Assembly (NCBI GenBank): GCA_963846575.1
Contig: CAWJWJ010000001.1
Span: 1-64,000, forward strand
Direction of reading: 5' to 3'
Length of the DNA: 64,000 nt
Source: an uncultured Nitrospiraceae bacterium
GTDB lineage: Bacteria; Nitrospirota; Nitrospiria; Nitrospirales; Nitrospiraceae
Shown piece by piece: positions 29,150 to 38,101 of the stretch. Each line of letters starts with the position of its first letter. The stretch's first letter is position 1. A program made the position numbers and the translations under genes. Under the pieces are notes generated by a model. It had not been told where the DNA came from and made no database searches. It saw only the letters and a program-made list of their open reading frames with translations.

Positions 29150-30598
29150 TCAGGACTCCATCACAATGTAACTGGGCAGCAACTGCGCAGGGTGATACCA
29201 CTGTTTCGAACGCGCGAGAGAGGGTAGACCCGAATCGTCCATGGTATTGATCCACCATGCCCCGTTGGCGCGAGCTTGGCGACAAAATTCACGAAAGATG
29301 AACGGTGCCAGTCCGGCAACCGTCCGGTCCGCAACCTCCAGCAACACGCAAAATACGATCGGATTCAGCCACAGTCCCATCGTGTAGGCCCGGATCCGAC
29401 CGCCAACCCGGACCACGGCGCCGGTAAGGCCCAGCTCTTGGGGGAAAGACAAGGCTGCTTCATGCGCACCGGCCGCATCCTGAAGCAATGCATGTCCCCA
29501 TGCATCGGTAGCCGGCTGTTTCTGCTCGCTCCATTCGTGAAACAGACTCAGGCAGGCCGTTCGATCCCGCAAGTCGTAGGGTTCCAGGACTCCTGCCTGC
29601 TCCCGCACAAACCGGTTGCAGGCTGCGCGGGGAGATTTGTACGGATCACCTGATAGCTCAGCCACCTCGTTCGCAGCATAAAGATAGTCGGGATCTTTGG
29701 CGGTCACCCGGTAGCCCAGCGACCTGAGCTCAGCCACGCAGGCCTCGGGTACGTTTTCGATGCGCGTCGCCGAGGAGTCGCCGTTCCGTTCCCGCATGAA
29801 GCGAAACGCGGCGGCCAGCGGCTGCCGGAGCGGGCCAGGACCCAACGGGGGCATGGCCATGAACAGGCCATCGGGAGATTCGGCAAATAGACAGATGTGA
29901 CCGTGTAATTCAGTCCAGGAATAGGACAACAGATGCCGCCACACATAGTGATACGCGAATGATGCCGCCGCGAGAGGCAGGTCATGTCCGACAGTGAGCC
30001 TCATCCCTGTTTCAACGCGAGTTCGGTCCGACAAGGTAAGGGCACGCATCGGCACAACAACACGCCCCTGTTGCAGCCGCTTCGTGAGCCGTTGAAGTGG
30101 CTGCAGGGCAATCACGTCACGCTGGAATCGTCCGATCAACCGGGGATAACGTGCCAGAGTCTCAACCCTGCTGTCCGCCTCGATCCATTGGGCGATCTCT
30201 TGCGCCGCCTGATTGACGACCGGCGAGGCCACATCGCGCATGTAGGGACACTTGGAATCCCAACCGAGCAGCACCTGCGCGTGCGTGGCATCCCACATCA
30301 ATGCAAAGGGATACAACCGGCAATCCAGTGGGCGGACGTCATAAATGCGGCAGTGTGAGGTTGTCACGTCGAACGCGGGGCACACGTACCCCTCGCCAGC
30401 CGGACTTGGCACCAGATCGATGGGTGTGCCCGCAGCAGTGGGAAAGTGTTCAGATGAAATACCGGCCGCCGTTGCGGCCCGAATTTCATCGGCGGTGAAG
30501 AACGGCCGCAGGAAACTATCCCGGTCTGGAAATCGGCAACACACGTCGCAGTGCAGACAGGTCGCACTCGGAACGATTTGTAGGGGAGAACCAGTCAT
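29150..30598 (-). CDS. YkgJ-type CxxCxxCC domain fused to a DUF2156-like (aminoacyl-transferase/GNAT-fold) domain
   Basis: CLHCDVCC..CPAFD..CRIYDVRPLDCRLYPF, then DYLY..ELSG..ACNRF..INTMDDSGLPSLARSKQWYHP. Confidence 0.75.
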   Translation of the reverse strand: MTGSPLQIVPSATCLHCDVCCRFPDRDSFLRPFFTADEIRAATAAGISSEHFPTAAGTPIDLVPSPAGEGYVCPAFDVTTSHCRIYDVRPLDCRLYPFALMWDATHAQVLLGWDSKCPYMRDVASPVVNQAAQEIAQWIEADSRVETLARYPRLIGRFQRDVIALQPLQRLTKRLQQGRVVVPMRALTLSDRTRVETGMRLTVGHDLPLAAASFAYHYVWRHLLSYSWTELHGHICLFAESPDGLFMAMPPLGPGPLRQPLAAAFRFMRERNGDSSATRIENVPEACVAELRSLGYRVTAKDPDYLYAANEVAELSGDPYKSPRAACNRFVREQAGVLEPYDLRDRTACLSLFHEWSEQKQPATDAWGHALLQDAAGAHEAALSFPQELGLTGAVVRVGGRIRAYTMGLWLNPIVFCVLLEVADRTVAGLAPFIFREFCRQARANGAWWINTMDDSGLPSLARSKQWYHPAQLLPSYIVMES

Positions 30599-30853
30599 GG
30601 GTCGCGAGCAACTCGTCAGGGAGAACTGGAGCGAATAGGCTCGTCATGAAATGTGGCCGCATTGTAGCACTAACACGCGCAAGGTCCTACTGTTGGAATC
30701 TTTTCGCCAGCGTATCCGAAGGCAACCCGGAAGACTCTGACTGTCACGCCGACTTGTACCGACGCAAGAGGCCATGGTACGATTTGCTCCACCTCGAATC
30801 CCATCTGCGCGTGCGATGCAGGCGATGGCGCTGCGAGCATCGAGGACATTGCA

Positions 30854-32368
30854 TTGGCACTAGCACAATATTCACCTGAGCCGTTGAACTCCGACGAAGC
30901 CCGCCGACGATGTCACGCAATCCGTGATGACCTGGTCCGTGCTGGGGTCTACGGCGTTACCGAGCCGGAGGACAGGAGGTCGTCGACTGATTCTGCGACC
31001 CTGCCGCCACGCTTCCGCCTGTCTCCGGCTCCCCTCTCACTTGCTCCCTCTGATGTGGCATTTTTTCAACATCTGGGACAGGATCTCCTCGCTTTTTATC
31101 GGGGCCTGAACCGCCTCTACCAGGAAAGCGTGCGGGGCGTCCAGCCAAGTTGGGTGGCCGCCTATCTCGACCTGGGCAAGCCGGAGTCACTGGTTACCTA
31201 TAGCCGAATGAATCGCTTCCGCAACCTCATGCCCGGCATCATTCGACCGGACGTCATTCCAACCGCCGACGGCATGGTCATCACGGAACTCGATTCCGTC
31301 CCCGGCGGAATCGGGCTGACGGGGTGTTTGACGCGCGCGCATGACAACCAGCTTGCACAAATTCTTCCCACACCCGTCTCGCAGCCTCACCATTCCTCAC
31401 TGATCGCAGGTCGCGACGGCATGTTGCAGGGATTCGCCGCCATGGTGCGGGCCCAGCAGGGCGACCAGGAAGGGTGTCTCGCGATCGTCGTGTCGGACGA
31501 GGCCAAGGACTACCGGTCTGAAATGGAGTGGATGGCCCAGCAACTCCGGGAGATCGGCTGCCAGGCCCGCTGTGTCGAACCCAGAGCCATTCATTTTACT
31601 GAGGACGGGCTTTTTCTCCAGGAACCGGACGGACCGTTGCGTATCGGCCTCCTGTATCGTTTTTTTGAACTCTTCGATTTAAGAAACATCCCGAAAGCCG
31701 AACTGGTTATGTATGCGGCCAAGAAAGGTCGTGTCTCCGTCACACCACCGTACAAGCCCGCGTTGGAAGAAAAGCTGGCCTTTGCCCTGTTCCATCATCC
31801 GGAACTTACACCTTTTTGGCAGGAGACGCTGGGCTCTGACACCCATACGAACTTGCACCGCCTCCTGCCGCAAACCTGGATCCTTGATCCGCGACCCGTC
31901 CCTCCCTCGGCGGTCATCCCAGACCTTACGATCGGCGGGCGAGCGGTATCAGACTTTCGTCGCCTGGCCCAGACCACTCAGAAGGAACGACAACTGGTCC
32001 TCAAACCTTCTGGATTTTCGGAACTGGCCTGGGGAAGCCGAGGCGTGTCCATCGGGCATGATCTGCCACAGGTCGAATGGGCCGCGGCCCTGGAGCAAGC
32101 CCTCCAGTCCTTTCCGTCGACCCCCTATGTCCTGCAGGAATTTCATAAGGGCCGACTGTTCGAGTCAGCCTATCTTGACGAACGAACCGATACCGTAGTG
32201 CCAATGTCCGGTCGGGTCCGCCTATCCCCTTATTATTTCATCGTCGGTGACAAGGCCGAACTCGGGGGCATTCTCGCCACTCTTTGTCCTGCGAACAAGA
32301 AGATCATCCACGGCATGGTCGATGCGATCATGGCACCCTGTGCCTTGACGCCGAACAGCCTTGCTTAG
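30854..32368 (+). CDS. ATP-grasp-like peptide ligase (glutathionylspermidine synthase/circularly permuted type); start uncertain
   Basis: IRPDVI..ITELDSVPGG, LEEKL, LVLKPSG..WGSRGVSIG, YVLQEF. Confidence 0.6.
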   Translation: MALAQYSPEPLNSDEARRRCHAIRDDLVRAGVYGVTEPEDRRSSTDSATLPPRFRLSPAPLSLAPSDVAFFQHLGQDLLAFYRGLNRLYQESVRGVQPSWVAAYLDLGKPESLVTYSRMNRFRNLMPGIIRPDVIPTADGMVITELDSVPGGIGLTGCLTRAHDNQLAQILPTPVSQPHHSSLIAGRDGMLQGFAAMVRAQQGDQEGCLAIVVSDEAKDYRSEMEWMAQQLREIGCQARCVEPRAIHFTEDGLFLQEPDGPLRIGLLYRFFELFDLRNIPKAELVMYAAKKGRVSVTPPYKPALEEKLAFALFHHPELTPFWQETLGSDTHTNLHRLLPQTWILDPRPVPPSAVIPDLTIGGRAVSDFRRLAQTTQKERQLVLKPSGFSELAWGSRGVSIGHDLPQVEWAAALEQALQSFPSTPYVLQEFHKGRLFESAYLDERTDTVVPMSGRVRLSPYYFIVGDKAELGGILATLCPANKKIIHGMVDAIMAPCALTPNSLA

Positions 32369-32441
32369 AGAAGGAACCGATGGCACAAGTACTACGACCG
32401 GAAGCCCTCGCGAATTTGCAACCGCCTCACCAGTGGTACCC

Positions 32442-32687
32442 ATGGCACTGACCCTCTATCATGTCGAATGGTGTCCGGACTGCGCACTGGTCCGGGATCG
32501 CCTCAGCGAGTTGAACATTCAATACGACGAGATCGTGGTCCCCGACTTTCGCCCGATGCGCAAGCAGGTCTATGAAGTGTCGGGGCAGTACTATGTGCCC
32601 GTTTTGAAGGATGGGGACATTGTTTTAACGGAAACCCACGATATTCTTGCCCACCTCGACCAGCGCTCCGGCATGGCCAACCCGTGA
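32442..32687 (+). CDS. Glutaredoxin-like protein
   Basis: WCPDC, SGQYYVPVL. Confidence 0.85.
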   Translation: MALTLYHVEWCPDCALVRDRLSELNIQYDEIVVPDFRPMRKQVYEVSGQYYVPVLKDGDIVLTETHDILAHLDQRSGMANP

Positions 32688-32806
32688 GGAAATGGCCCAG
32701 ACCGGTGCGCCGGGCAGCGTGGATCACGACCAACCCCGGAGCCGAGAACAGGCGTCAGCCTGAGGAATAGAACTGATCAGGTCAGCATCAGCGAAAGGAT
32801 AGCGAC

Positions 32807-33940
32807 GTGGAGGAATGGAGACGCATTCTGGCTCAAAGCGTGGTCAAGCCGAAGGACTTGGCCGACCGGCTTGGTGTCGATCCCAAAGAGATCGAAGACA
32901 TCGTGGGGGAGTATCCCATGCGGATCACGCCAACCGTATTGGCCACGATCAAAGAGAAGGGTGATGCGATTTGGAAACAGGTCGTCCCGGATCGTTTGGA
33001 GATGGCAGACGCCGACGCGGAGAATGACCCTCTCGAAGAAGACCTGATGAGCCCCGTGCCGCATCTGGTTCATCGCTATCCCGACCGTGTCCTTTTGATG
33101 GTGACCAACCAATGCCCGATCTATTGTCGGTTTTGTACGCGTAAGCGGCTTGTGGGCAAACCGGGATTTCTGAAAAAGGGAGAATTGGACCGGGCCATCG
33201 CCTACCTGCGCGAACATCATGAGGTGCGCGACGTGATTCTTTCCGGAGGCGACCCCCTCCTGTTGCCGGACAACCTGTTGGAGCGAGTGCTGAAATCGCT
33301 TCGAACCATCCCGCACCTGGAATTGATCCGGATCGGCACACGCGTGCCGGGCAGCCTCCCCGAGCGTATAACGCCCAAACTCTGCGAACTCGTGAAGAAG
33401 TACCACCCGATCTATATGAATCTTCACTTTAACCATCCGGACGAGTTGACGCCTGCGGTCAAACGCGCCTGTGGCATGCTCGCCGATGCAGGGGTGCCCC
33501 TCGGGGCCCAGACGGTCTTGCTCAAGGGAGTCAATGACGACCCCGAGATCATGAAACGACTCATGCATCAACTGCTGTTGGCGCGCGTGAAACCATACTA
33601 TCTGTATCAGGCTGACCTGACCAAGGGAACGAACCACTTCCGGACTTCAGTGGAAACGGGGCTCCACATCATCAAGTCCTTGCAAGGCCATACAAGCGGG
33701 ATGGGAGTGCCGCACTTCGTCATTGATGCGCCGGGAGGAGGTGGCAAAATTCCGTTGCTCCCCGCTGAATACCTGGTCCATCTCGACGAGGATGGCGCCG
33801 TGTTGAGAAACTACGAAAACAAAACGTACCACTATCCTCAGCCAGGAGCCGGCCAGGGCCGGGAATTACCCATGGTCGGGGCTCACCCCTCGTGGGGCAC
33901 GACCAACAACGGATGCGAGGGAGGAGGGGACCATCTGTGA
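32807..33940 (+). CDS. KamA family radical SAM (lysine 2,3-aminomutase-like)
   Basis: HRYPDRVL, CPIYCRFCTR, SGGDPL, HFNHP, PYYLYQ, DAPGGGGKIP (PLP lysine). Confidence 0.92.
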   Translation: MEEWRRILAQSVVKPKDLADRLGVDPKEIEDIVGEYPMRITPTVLATIKEKGDAIWKQVVPDRLEMADADAENDPLEEDLMSPVPHLVHRYPDRVLLMVTNQCPIYCRFCTRKRLVGKPGFLKKGELDRAIAYLREHHEVRDVILSGGDPLLLPDNLLERVLKSLRTIPHLELIRIGTRVPGSLPERITPKLCELVKKYHPIYMNLHFNHPDELTPAVKRACGMLADAGVPLGAQTVLLKGVNDDPEIMKRLMHQLLLARVKPYYLYQADLTKGTNHFRTSVETGLHIIKSLQGHTSGMGVPHFVIDAPGGGGKIPLLPAEYLVHLDEDGAVLRNYENKTYHYPQPGAGQGRELPMVGAHPSWGTTNNGCEGGGDHL

Positions 33941-35088
33941 AACGTGCCGCCCCCTTGAAAGGCATTTTGCCTTATCAGCAGATCACAGATCTTATGACCC
34001 GTGGCGTCATCAAGGCCGACAGGCCGATGGAGACCCGACAGATCCAGCCGGCGAGCCTGGACCTGCGGCTGGGGAAAAAAGCCTATCGATTGATCAGCAG
34101 CTTCCTCCCTGAACTGTCTCCCATCAGCAACCGTCTTAATGTCCTCGATTTCTATCAGTCTGATCTCGTGATGTACGAGATGGATCTCACGCAAGGTGCG
34201 ATTTTAGAGAAGGGACATGTCTACCTCGTCCCGCTGCTGGAGCATCTGGAGCTGCCGGCCACGGTTCGCGCCCGTGCCAACCCCAAGAGCACGACGGGGC
34301 GGCTGGATGTCTTCACCCGGGTCGTGACCGACTTAAATGCGGGCTTCGATGAGATCCGGGCCGGGTACCGGGGGCCACTCTATTTGGAAGTCGTACCCCG
34401 CTCGTTCGCGATCAAAGTGCGCACAGGCGACTCGTTGAATCAGATTCGCTTCGTGCGCGGGGACGCCACGGTATCCGATACCGCCTTACAGAAAATCCAC
34501 GCTGCGGAACCGCTCCTGTTCCATAATTCGGCCAGTTCCAAACCGCTCCCTGCGAGCGAGTTCCGAACCGAGCGGGGGCTGTTTTTGCGGATCGAACTGA
34601 CAGGGAGCGACCGCGAAGACCAGGTGATCGGTTACAGGGCGAAGAAGAATAGCCATGTTATCGATCTGTCTAAAATAGGACACTATGCGGCCTTGGACTT
34701 CTGGGAACCTCTGAAACGGCACCGGCACGATAGTTTGCTCTTAGAGCCGGAAGAGTTTTATATCCTGGCCTCGAAGGAACGGATCCGGGTGCCGCCCGGT
34801 TACGCTGCCGAAATGGTGGCCTATGAAGCGGCCTGCGGTGAGTTACGCACGCATTATGCAGGATTTTTTGACCCCGGGTTTGGCCATGGTGACGGCCGAA
34901 TGCGCGGGACGCAGGTCGTCCTGGAGGTCCGCCCGCACGATGTCCCGTTCCTCATTCATGACGGGCAAACGTTCTTCAAAGTAGTGTATGATCGAATGTT
35001 GGCAGTACCGACGCAGATGTACGGTACCACGCTCGGCTCGTCCTACCAGCGACAAGCCCTCACCCTGAGCAAACATTTTAAGGCCTAA
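33937..35088 (+). CDS. dcd: dCTP deaminase, long two-domain form
   Basis: IQPASLDLRLG, NPKSTTGRLDVF, HYAGFFDPGFG, VLEVR; GTGA overlap with the KamA gene. Confidence 0.85.
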   Translation: MKRAAPLKGILPYQQITDLMTRGVIKADRPMETRQIQPASLDLRLGKKAYRLISSFLPELSPISNRLNVLDFYQSDLVMYEMDLTQGAILEKGHVYLVPLLEHLELPATVRARANPKSTTGRLDVFTRVVTDLNAGFDEIRAGYRGPLYLEVVPRSFAIKVRTGDSLNQIRFVRGDATVSDTALQKIHAAEPLLFHNSASSKPLPASEFRTERGLFLRIELTGSDREDQVIGYRAKKNSHVIDLSKIGHYAALDFWEPLKRHRHDSLLLEPEEFYILASKERIRVPPGYAAEMVAYEAACGELRTHYAGFFDPGFGHGDGRMRGTQVVLEVRPHDVPFLIHDGQTFFKVVYDRMLAVPTQMYGTTLGSSYQRQALTLSKHFKA

Positions 35089-35090
35089 TC

Positions 35091-35495
35091 ATGGCACCCA
35101 GCGACCTCCCAGATCCTTCTAGCCGACCGGTCAGGCCTCCTGGTCACCGGCCTGACGACGAGAGCAACGCCGACCGCCAGGCCCATGTCATCGGTATGAT
35201 GATCGGCACGGCCCTGATGTTCATCGGATTCCTCGATGTGTTTCTCTCGATCAGCGGCGGTTTTGAGATCAATGTCGTCCCGCTGTTGATTTACTTCGGC
35301 GGAATTGCCGTGTGGGCCAATGCCGTGGTCGAGAATCCAACCGTCCGTTACTCCTTAATGGCCGGCTCGGTTTTGATCAGTCTGGCGTTTTTTCACTATG
35401 GCGAGGTGCTGTTTTGGCACAAGCAGGTGGTGTTTTGGTCCACCATCGTCGTGGTCATGTATTTTATGTTCCGCGAACCCAAACGAGCGGCCTGA
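35091..35495 (+). CDS. Small membrane protein (about 4 TM)
   Basis: Four hydrophobic segments; starts 2 nt after the dcd stop. Confidence 0.75.
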   Translation: MAPSDLPDPSSRPVRPPGHRPDDESNADRQAHVIGMMIGTALMFIGFLDVFLSISGGFEINVVPLLIYFGGIAVWANAVVENPTVRYSLMAGSVLISLAFFHYGEVLFWHKQVVFWSTIVVVMYFMFREPKRAA

Positions 35496-35561
35496 AATAG
35501 ACCGGTGCAGCAGAGGCCATCGAACGTCGGCGTTGGACAGATCGATCCGCATCCCTCTTTG

Positions 35562-36290
35562 ATGACGGTGGCCGTCATCATTCCGGTTCTCAACGAAGCC
35601 CGACTGATCGGCCGGACCCTGAGCCACACCGCGGCTCTCGGATTCGACGAAATCCTCGTCGTGGATGGAGGCAGTACCGATCAGACCTTCGCCCTGGTGC
35701 AATCCTTCGCATTTCAACCTCGCCCCATTGCCTCCGCTCCTCGCGCGATACACTCCGTCCCCATTCGAATCCTGTCTTCGTCGCCAGGGCGGGCTGGCCA
35801 GCTGAATACAGGAGCCGCCGCGAGCCACAGTGAGGTGTTGCTGTTCCTCCATGCCGACACCCGACTACCGCCAGATGCCAAAGGAGCCATCTCCCGTGCC
35901 CTGCTTGACCGTACTGTTGTCGGCGGACGGTTCAGCGTTCGTTTCGACTCTGATCTCCCCCTGGCCCGCCTCATCGGAGGCATGATGAACTGGCGGTCAC
36001 GATGGAGTGGCATTGCGACAGGTGACCAGGCAATCTTTGTCCGACGGGAAACGTTCGAACACATTGGCCGGTTCGCGGATATCCCCGTCATGGAAGATAT
36101 CGACTTCACCCGCCGCCTCAAACGAGCCGGCCGCCTCGCCCCGCTCACAGAGCAGGTCGAGACCGCCTTTCGTCGCTGGGAATGCGGGGGACCCATCCGC
36201 ACAATTCTGTTGATGTGGGCCCTGCGCTTCCTGTACTGGATCGGAGTAAGTCCCCATCGGCTCCAACATTATTACAGGAACGTGAGATAA
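35562..36290 (+). CDS. GT2 glycosyltransferase, TIGR04283-like
   Basis: IIPVLNEA, VDGGSTD, GRAGQLNTGA, LFLHADT, GDQAIF, MEDIDF. Confidence 0.85.
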   Translation: MTVAVIIPVLNEARLIGRTLSHTAALGFDEILVVDGGSTDQTFALVQSFAFQPRPIASAPRAIHSVPIRILSSSPGRAGQLNTGAAASHSEVLLFLHADTRLPPDAKGAISRALLDRTVVGGRFSVRFDSDLPLARLIGGMMNWRSRWSGIATGDQAIFVRRETFEHIGRFADIPVMEDIDFTRRLKRAGRLAPLTEQVETAFRRWECGGPIRTILLMWALRFLYWIGVSPHRLQHYYRNVR

Positions 36291-36294
36291 CCCT

Positions 36295-37047
36295 ATGCGC
36301 GAGAAACCGTCAGAGCGACAGGACAAACAGCCGGCGGCTCTGGTGATCTTTGCCAAGGCCCCTATACCGGGACAAGTCAAGACGCGGCTCAGCCCCGCCC
36401 TGACCGAAGACGAGGCTGCGACGCTCCATGGGAGCTTCGTCCTCGACACCCTTGAACGCACCAAGGCTGCGATCGGGAAGTTCAAGATTCCGGTTGCCCG
36501 ATTCCTCGCCTGTGCGCCATCAAGCACCCACGTCTTTTTCCGCATCATGGAAGCGCGCCATGGCGTCACGCTGCTCGACCAGCAGGGCGACGAACTCGGA
36601 GCACGGATGCATCACACTTTCGACCACCTTTTCTCACAAGGGTACCAGCGGGTCATACTCGTCGGGACCGACGCTCCGTCGCTCCCGCTCACGCACTATC
36701 GCGACGCGATGGAAGCGCTCAGCCGGCATGATCTGGTAATCGGTCCGGCCAGTGACGGTGGTTATTATTTAATCGGTATGACGCGGCCTCAGGCCAGTCT
36801 CTTTGAGAGTATCCCCTGGTCGACGGACCGCGTGATGCCCCTTACGCAGGAAAAAGCTCTCGCGGCAGGGTTAAAAACTGCCCTCCTCCCAACATGGAGC
36901 GATGTCGACACGGTGGACGATCTCCAGGCCTTGATTCAGGATAGTCTGATGGACAAGAAACGCCCCAAGCAGGAGCGGGTGTTTTCCATGAGGACCGCAG
37001 GGACCCTGGAGCTGCTGGCGAAGCGGCTTCGAACTCGCCAAACCTGA
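36295..37047 (+). CDS. DUF2064/TIGR04282-like GT-A fold protein
   Basis: FAKAPIPGQVKTRL, QQGDELGARM, GTDAP, GPASDGGYYLIG, DVDTVDDL. Confidence 0.85.
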   Translation: MREKPSERQDKQPAALVIFAKAPIPGQVKTRLSPALTEDEAATLHGSFVLDTLERTKAAIGKFKIPVARFLACAPSSTHVFFRIMEARHGVTLLDQQGDELGARMHHTFDHLFSQGYQRVILVGTDAPSLPLTHYRDAMEALSRHDLVIGPASDGGYYLIGMTRPQASLFESIPWSTDRVMPLTQEKALAAGLKTALLPTWSDVDTVDDLQALIQDSLMDKKRPKQERVFSMRTAGTLELLAKRLRTRQT

Positions 37048-37354
37048 GAGGACTGGTGAATCGGTCTGGCTGCGGCGTTCGCTGCTCCCCATGTCGGGAG
37101 GAATTGCGGAAGTGTCCGGCCCTGCAGGGGGAGCGCGGGAACCTCCATCTGACGTCCCGGAAAGTCGGGGCGCCGAAACTCCGGTTGCTGGGAACACGTG
37201 GGGCCCATCATCTACGCACCCTGGACCACCTGCAGCCTCAGCGAGAAGCGTTGTGATGATCCAGTGGAAGAACGGTCCTGTCATGGCGTATCCGCGAGCC
37301 ATCGTCAGTGTGCGGTAGTATCGGACAATTCAGCCATCTTCTAGCGAGGACTCT

Positions 37355-38089
37355 ATGTCGAACAAGGTCGCTCTCATCACCGGCGGTGCCAAGGGCATCG
37401 GACGCGCAATTGCTTTGGATCTGGCGACACAACATTGGTCCGTCGCCATTTGTTACCGCACGAGTGCGGCGGCAGCTGATGACACCAGCGAGGCAATTAC
37501 GGCGAACGGCGGAAAGGCCCTCGCCGTGCAATGCGATGTGTCCGATCCCGAAGCCGCCGCACAACTGGTCGCCCAGGTCGAGAGCCAGTGGGGCAAAATC
37601 GATGCGCTGATCAATGGAGCAGGCCCTTACCACCGGGTGAATCTGTTCGAGGAAACGACGGCTGGCTGGCGTGAAATGTTCGATAGTAATTTGCACCCCA
37701 TTTTTTACCTGGGGCAGGCGGTGGCACCCGGGATGAAGGCCAGGAAGCAGGGACGAATCATTAACTTCAGTATGGCCAATGCGGACCAGATGGTCGCGCA
37801 ACCGGAGGTGACGGGGCACTATATCGCCAAGGCCGGAGTTCTCATCCTGACCCGCACTCTGGCGAAACTCCTTGCTCCCTATGGCATCACGGTCAATGCC
37901 ATCTCTCCTGGGTTCATCGATTCGGGGAGCGCGCCGCCTGAGGAACTGGCCGGAGTGATCAAAAGAATACCGGCAGGGTATGTCGGAAGTGTGGCAGACA
38001 CGGTCGCTGCGGTGCGATTTTTTCTCAGTGAAGAGGCCCGATATGTCAATGGTGCCAACCTGCATCTCAGCGGTGGATGGGGAGTTTGA
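37355..38089 (+). CDS. Short-chain dehydrogenase/reductase
   Basis: TGGAKGIG, YIAK (YxxxK), VNAISPG. Confidence 0.9.
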   Translation: MSNKVALITGGAKGIGRAIALDLATQHWSVAICYRTSAAAADDTSEAITANGGKALAVQCDVSDPEAAAQLVAQVESQWGKIDALINGAGPYHRVNLFEETTAGWREMFDSNLHPIFYLGQAVAPGMKARKQGRIINFSMANADQMVAQPEVTGHYIAKAGVLILTRTLAKLLAPYGITVNAISPGFIDSGSAPPEELAGVIKRIPAGYVGSVADTVAAVRFFLSEEARYVNGANLHLSGGWGV

Positions 38090-38101
38090 ACCAGCCTGCA
38101 C

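Noticed and set aside
37048..37354. Short Cys-containing ORFs between the glycosyltransferase and SDR genes
   Set aside because: No coherent frame, RBS or motif; at most a degenerate remnant
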